Below are positions 58,835 to 64,000 of a stretch of DNA of 64,000 bases, piece after piece. The stretch covers positions 248,001-312,000 of the forward strand of contig NIVC01000010.1 of the NCBI GenBank assembly GCA_002269645.1, read 5' to 3'. This DNA comes from Macrostomum lignano (taxonomy: Eukaryota). Made by a program: the position numbers and the translations under genes. The stretch's first letter is position 1. Every line of letters begins with the position of its first letter. The notes below the pieces were generated by a model. That model was given only the letters and a program-made list of their open reading frames with translations, was not told the origin of the DNA and did no database searches.

Positions 58835-59416
58835 CTCAGATTCGGGTTCACCCAGTTTAACGTTCACTCAGATCAGGGTTCACTCAGATTAAATTTCACT
58901 CAGATTAGAGTTCACTCAGATTAAATTTCACTCAGATTAAATTTCACTCAGATTAGGGTTCACTCAGATTAGGGTTCACTCAGATTAAATTTCACTCAGA
59001 TTAGGGTTCACTCAGATTAGGGTTCACTCAGATTAGGGTTCACTCAGATTAAATTTCACTCAGATTAGAGTTCACTCAGATTAAATTTCACTCAGATTAA
59101 ATTTCACTGAGATTAGGGTTCACTCAGATTAGGGTTCACTCAGATTAAATTTCACTCAGATTAGGGTTCACTCAGATTAAATTTCACTCAGATTAAATTT
59201 CACTCAGATTAGGGTTCACTCAGATTAGGGTTCACTCAGATTAAATTTCACTCAGATTAGGGTTCACTCAGATTAAATTTCACTCAGATTAAATTTCACT
59301 GAGATTAGGGTTCACTCAGATAAAATTTCACTCAGATTAGGGTTCACTCAGATTAGGGTTCACTCAGATTAGGGTTCACTCAGATTAGGGTTCACTCAGA
59401 TTAAATTTCACTCAGT
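58835..59416 (+). repeat. 16-bp two-variant minisatellite TTCACTCAGATT(AGGG|AAAT), about 36 units
   Basis: Direct inspection. Confidence 0.97.
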
Positions 59417-59884
59417 ATAATAAGTTAAAGACTATGGAATTTTGTCATTCTTTAGCAGACCAAAACGCATATATTGTTTCATTCATCTATATTTAAAGTT
59501 TTCTCTACTATAAGTAGCTAGTGGCTTCAGAAATTCGTGAACAAAAATTAGTATTTTTTTAGTATCTACTACATTGACTGTCTGTCGTCACTCATTAATA
59601 ACGTCGCGCATATATCCGATATTTTATTTTAAAATTATTTCTAAAGTTCACGTTTTTTGTTTAAGGTCGCAAGTTCTCTCACTACTGGTTCTTACAATTT
59701 CAGATTGTTCTTGTCTATTTTATTTTTTATATACAATTATGTGTTTTTATCGTGCAGAATCTTTCATCAGATCAACTATTAATTCTGTTAGATGTAAAAA
59801 CGTAAAATTTACTTACAAGTTCTAATACTGCTGCTATACACCTTCCAAGTCTGGGAAAATACACACTTAAAAGAAGGGGTGCCC

Positions 59885-60885
59885 CTCGGCCTCCCAGATC
59901 CTCAGTTGCTGGGCCAGCTCCCAGATCCTCAGTTGCTGGGCCAGCCTCCCAGATCCTCAGTTGCTGGGCCAGCCTCCCAGATCCTTAGTTGCTGGGCCAG
60001 CCTTACAGATCCTCAGTTGCTGGGCCAGCCTCCCAGATCCTCAGTTTCTGGGCCAGCCTTTCAGATCCTCAGTTGCTGGGCCAGCCTCCCAGATCCTCAG
60101 TTGCTGAGCCACCCTTTCAGATCCTCAGTTGCTGGGCCAGCCTTTCAGATCCTCAGTTGCTGGGCCAGCCTTCCAGATCCTCAGTTGCTGGGCCAGCCTC
60201 CCAGATCCTCAGTTTCTGGTCCAGCCTCCCAGAACCTCAGTTGCTGGGCCAGCCTCCCAGATCCTCAGTTTCTGGTCCAGCCTCCCAGAACCTCAGTTGC
60301 TGGGCCAGCCTCCCAGATCCTCAGTTGCTGGGTCAGCCTTTCATAGTGTCAGTTGCTGGGCCAGCTTCCCAGATCCTCAGTTGCTGGGCCAGCCTCCCAG
60401 ATCCTCAGTTTCTGGGCCAGCCTTTCAGATCCTCAGTTGCTGGGCCAGCCTCCCAGATCCTCAGTTGCTGGGCCAGCTCCCAGATCCTCAGTTGCTGGGC
60501 CAGCCTTTCAGATCCTCAGTTGCAGGTGCCAGCCTTCCAGATCCTCAGTTGCTGGGCCAGCCTCCCAGATCCTCAGTTGCTGGGCCAGCCTCCCAGATCC
60601 TCAGTTGCTGGGCCAGCCTTTCAGATCCTCAGTTGCAGGAGCCAGCCTTCCAGATCCTCAGTTGCTGGGCCAGCCTCCCAGATCCTCAGTTTCTGGTCTA
60701 GCCTCCCAGAACCTCAGTTGTTGGGCCAGCCTCCCAGATCCTCAGTTGCTGGGTCAGCCTTTCATAGTGTCAGTTGCTGGGCCAGCCTCCCAGATCCTCA
60801 GTTGCTGGGCCAGCTTCCCAGATCCTCAGTTGCTAGTCCTTCCAAATCCTCAGTTGCTAGGCCTCCCAGATTCTCAGTTGCTTGA
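59885..60885 (+). repeat. 28-bp minisatellite (CAGATCCTCAGTTGCTGGGCCAGCCTCC), about 1 kb
   Basis: Direct inspection; explains the ORFs at 59879-60949. Confidence 0.97.
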
Positions 60886-61182
60886 GTTAATGCAGATAAA
60901 TCAGAGCCATTTAAATGATTTCCGATGCATGCTATTCAAACGGTGTTAATTCAATAGATTTGCATGCTGCTGTCAAAAACTTCTTTATTTTTATTTGTCT
61001 TCGCCTTTATAGATTTCTGCTCCCGCTGCATAAATAAAGTAGGTTTTATTATTTTGTTGGTGAATGAATACATATTGTGTTTTTGAACTCTGAAAGTTTT
61101 TAAACTTTGTCACGTTTTCGGGAATGTGACTAGCCCATTAAATTGATTTTAATCTCCACTGCGCTTACTTTATATCGTCTTA

Positions 61183-61378
61183 AAGTTCATCTCATACTGT
61201 TGGTCATCTGTAGTGCCAATATTCAAGTTCATCTCATACTGTTGGTCATCTGTAGTGCCAATATTCAAGTTCATCTCATACTGTTGGTCATCTGTAGTGC
61301 CAATATTCAAGTTCATCTCATACTGTTGGTCATCTGTAGTGCCAATATTCAAGTTCATCTCATACTGTTGGTCATCTG
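61183..61378 (+). repeat. 42-bp tandem repeat, about 4.6 units
   Basis: AAGTTCATCTCATACTGTTGGTCATCTGTAGTGCCAATATTC units. Confidence 0.95.
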
Positions 61379-61500
61379 CCATGCTAATCCACAACTTCTG
61401 CCATGCTAATCCACAAGTTCTGCCATGCTAATCCACAACTTCTGCCATGCTAATCCACAACTTCAGCCATGCTAATCCACAACTTCTGCCATGCTTCTGC
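61376..61500 (+). repeat. 22-bp tandem repeat (GCCATGCTAATCCACAACTTCT), about 5 units
   Basis: Direct inspection. Confidence 0.92.
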
Positions 61501-62021
61501 TAATCTACGCGGCTGTACCTCCATACAACCTGATTGTAGCATTTGCTTTCACAGTTGTTGTTCCTTAAAATAGTCGGATAACTATGCATTGCATCAGGGA
61601 GAGGATCTAGTCAGTCTTCATCAATCTTTTCCTTTTTTTCATGAAGCTTCATCATACAAGAGGTAAGTATATACTTACTCTTGCAAGTCAATTGCCGCCA
61701 GACTTGGGTGGGGGGGGATTTCTTACCTACGAGAACTACGCCTACATGTACATACACTAGTCTCGCATTCGGCAGCCGACAAGGCAGTCCGCAAGATTTT
61801 GTGTGCAAAGCACTTCATTTATCAATTCACTTTCATGGTTGTAAGCTAAATAGTTATTACATGTAGATTTACTTGTACTTAATTTATCAATGCCTGCCGT
61901 TCTGATCCCAAATTTATCTGATTGTTTGGGCAAGGGCATTGCATTAGTTGAATTACGTATTGCGAACTATCCTTGATTAAAATAGTTTTTGAATAAAAGT
62001 TTCGGTGTAGGTTTAGGGGCG

Positions 62022-63276
62022 ATTATTTTGTTTGGAGTGGGTTAAGGGGCCATTCTTTACAGTTTGGAGTGGGTTAAGGGGCCATTCTTTACAGTTTGGA
62101 GTGGGTTAAGGGGCCATTCTTTACAGTTTGGAGTGGGTTAAGGGGCCATTCTTTACAGTTTGGAGTGGGTTAAGGGGCCATTCTTTACAGTTTGGAGTGT
62201 GTTAAGGGGCCATTCTTTACAGTTTGGAGTGTGTTAAGGGGCCATTCTTTACAGTTTGGAGTGTGTTAAGGGGCCATTCTTTACAGTTTAGAGTGTGTTA
62301 AGGGGCCATTCTTTACAGTTTGGAGTGGGTTAAGGGGCCATTCTCTACAGTTTGGGTGGGTTAAGGGGCGATTCTTTACAGTTTGGAGTGGGTTAAGGGG
62401 CCATTCTTTACAGTTTGGGGTGGGTTAAGGGGCCATTCTCTACAGTTTGGAGGGGGTTAAGGGGCCATTCTCTACAGTTTGGAGTGGGTTAAGGGGCGAT
62501 TCTTTACAGTTTGGAGTGTGTTAAGGGGCCATTCTTTACAGTTTAGAGTGTGTTAAGGGGCCATTCTTTACAGTTTGGAGTGGGTTAAGGGGCCATTCTC
62601 TACAGTTTGGAGTGGGTTAAGGGGCCATTCTTTACAGTTTGGGGTGGGTTAAGGGGCCATTCTCTACAGTTTGGAGTGGGTTAAGGGGCCATTCTTTACA
62701 GTTTGGAGTGGGTTAAGGGGCCATTCTCTACAGTTTGGAGTGGGTTAAGGGGCGATTCTTTACAGTTTGGAGTGGGTTAAGGGGCCATTCTCTACAGTTT
62801 GGGGTGGGTTAAGGGGCCATTCTTTACAGTTTGGAGTGGGTTAAGGGGCCATTCTTTACAGTTTGGAGTGGGTTAAGGGGCCATTCTTTACAGTTTGGAG
62901 TGGGTTAAGGGGCCATTCTTTACAGTTTGGAGTGGGTTAAGGGGCCATTCTTTACAGTTTGGAGTGGGTTAAGGGGCCATTCTTTACAGTTTGGAGTGGG
63001 TTAAGGGGCCATTCTTTACAGTTTGGAGTGGGTTAAGGGGCGATTCTCTACAGTTTGGGTGGGTTAAGGGGCGATTCTTTACAGTTTGGAGTGGGTTAAG
63101 GGGCCATTCTTTACAGTTTGGGGTGGGTTAAGGGGCCATTCTCTACAGTTTGGAGGGGGTTAAGGGGCCATTCTCTACAGTTTGGAGTGGGTTAAGGGGC
63201 GATTCTTTACAGTTTGGAGTGGGTTAAGGGGTCATTCTTTACAGTTTGGAGTGGGTTAAGGGGTCATTCTTTACAC
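62022..63276 (+). repeat. 32-bp G-rich minisatellite (TTTGGAGTGGGTTAAGGGGCCATTCTTTACAG), about 39 units
   Basis: Direct inspection, period 32. Confidence 0.98.
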
Positions 63277-63299
63277 TGACAGTAATTTAGAGTAATTTA

Positions 63300-63960
63300 C
63301 GGCAGGTTTGGAGCGTTAATTAGAGTGAGGCTGGCTTATCGACCGCTATTTTTGATGAGGGAGATTGATAGGCGATCCTGCAGACATTGCAAGCCTGCCT
63401 CTTGGCGTGCTTTCTTCCAGCCTGACCAGTTTATAACGTCGACCCGAATCTTCTGCTCTGGGAACATTCAGAACCAACATTTTGAGATTAGGCGCGCTTT
63501 CATTTAGTTGATTAATTGAAAATTCTCCCCTTAGACTTGTGCAGTGTCGCACGCGAAGGTGTATTCAGCACGCCAGTGAAGTATGAGACAGACCAGGCCT
63601 AAGGGCTACGGTCTGCGATGCTTCACGCCTGCCCCTATATTCAGCAGGTCAAGGCTGGAGAGGGAGGTCTGCACCCGCTATTTGCCACTGGCAGCCGCAG
63701 ACCCCCCCCCTCACGCTGTTTCACAAGTCGACCCAGGGTACTCGTCCCCGCGTGTGTTCAAGGCAGACCCTAGGGCTGCTGGACAGACTGGGCTCCGACG
63801 CTGGCGACCCATCCAGTGGCTTCGGCCGAATTTGGGTATGCGGGTCTGGCTTGCCAGCCTGCAGGCCGTGGTACTGCTTAACGTACCCCTAATGCCTAAG
63901 GTGTTTGACCGTGCCGATGGGCTGGAAGGCCGGGGGGTTGTCCGGTCGCTAGCGGTCCTT
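63300..63960 (-). mobile_element. Degenerate LINE (CR1/L2-like) RT C-terminal relic
   Basis: Frameshifted minus-strand segments such as (V)LEY.. and KARLI..*MFPEQK...KKARQEAGLQCLQDR resemble the LINE tail KRALRIIFP..Y..AL..AGL..L.DRR. Confidence 0.4.
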
Positions 63961-64000
63961 TTCTTTTTCTTCTTTCCTCTTTCTTTTGTGACTCAGCTCA

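Noticed and set aside
59879-60949. ORFs with PQLLGQP/SSVAGPAS repeats
   Set aside because: Translations of the 28-bp satellite
58835-63276. CRISPR-like arrays
   Set aside because: Units are contiguous with no unique spacers, there are no cas genes, and the context is eukaryotic

Overview
Intron-containing animal (metazoan) genomic DNA with GC-rich exons and AT-rich introns and intergenic DNA full of repeats. The repeat and codon style suggests a flatworm such as Macrostomum, but that is inference only. Host genes: the 3' half of a plasma-membrane Ca2+-ATPase (PMCA) with two alternative terminal exons, a spliced THAP-domain gene or relic, a complete 4-exon TALE homeobox gene of the Prep/PKNOX class, a small signal-peptide/TM ORF, two tandem YbaY/YscW-like genes, an intronless PAN-like + LamG-like secreted protein, an intronless 1011-aa protein with a duplicated module and RRM-like motifs, PET117, and an endosulfine/ARPP-19 homolog. 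Mobile DNA: a 7.15-kb Mutator element with TIRs, a TSD and a dead PHD-MULE transposase; several nested hAT-like and Foldback-like non-autonomous elements delimited by TSDs; a young 4.9-kb non-autonomous LTR element; LINE relics; and many minisatellites. The most unusual observations are: two separate 28S rRNA fragments that both sit at the R2-retrotransposon target site, one of them fused into the MULE transposase; two Tudor-like motifs carried antisense inside the LTR element; three minimal hammerhead-like motifs in PMCA introns; bacterial-lipoprotein-like tandem genes; and the uncharacterised 1011-aa repeat protein. All domain calls were made by eye, without database searches.
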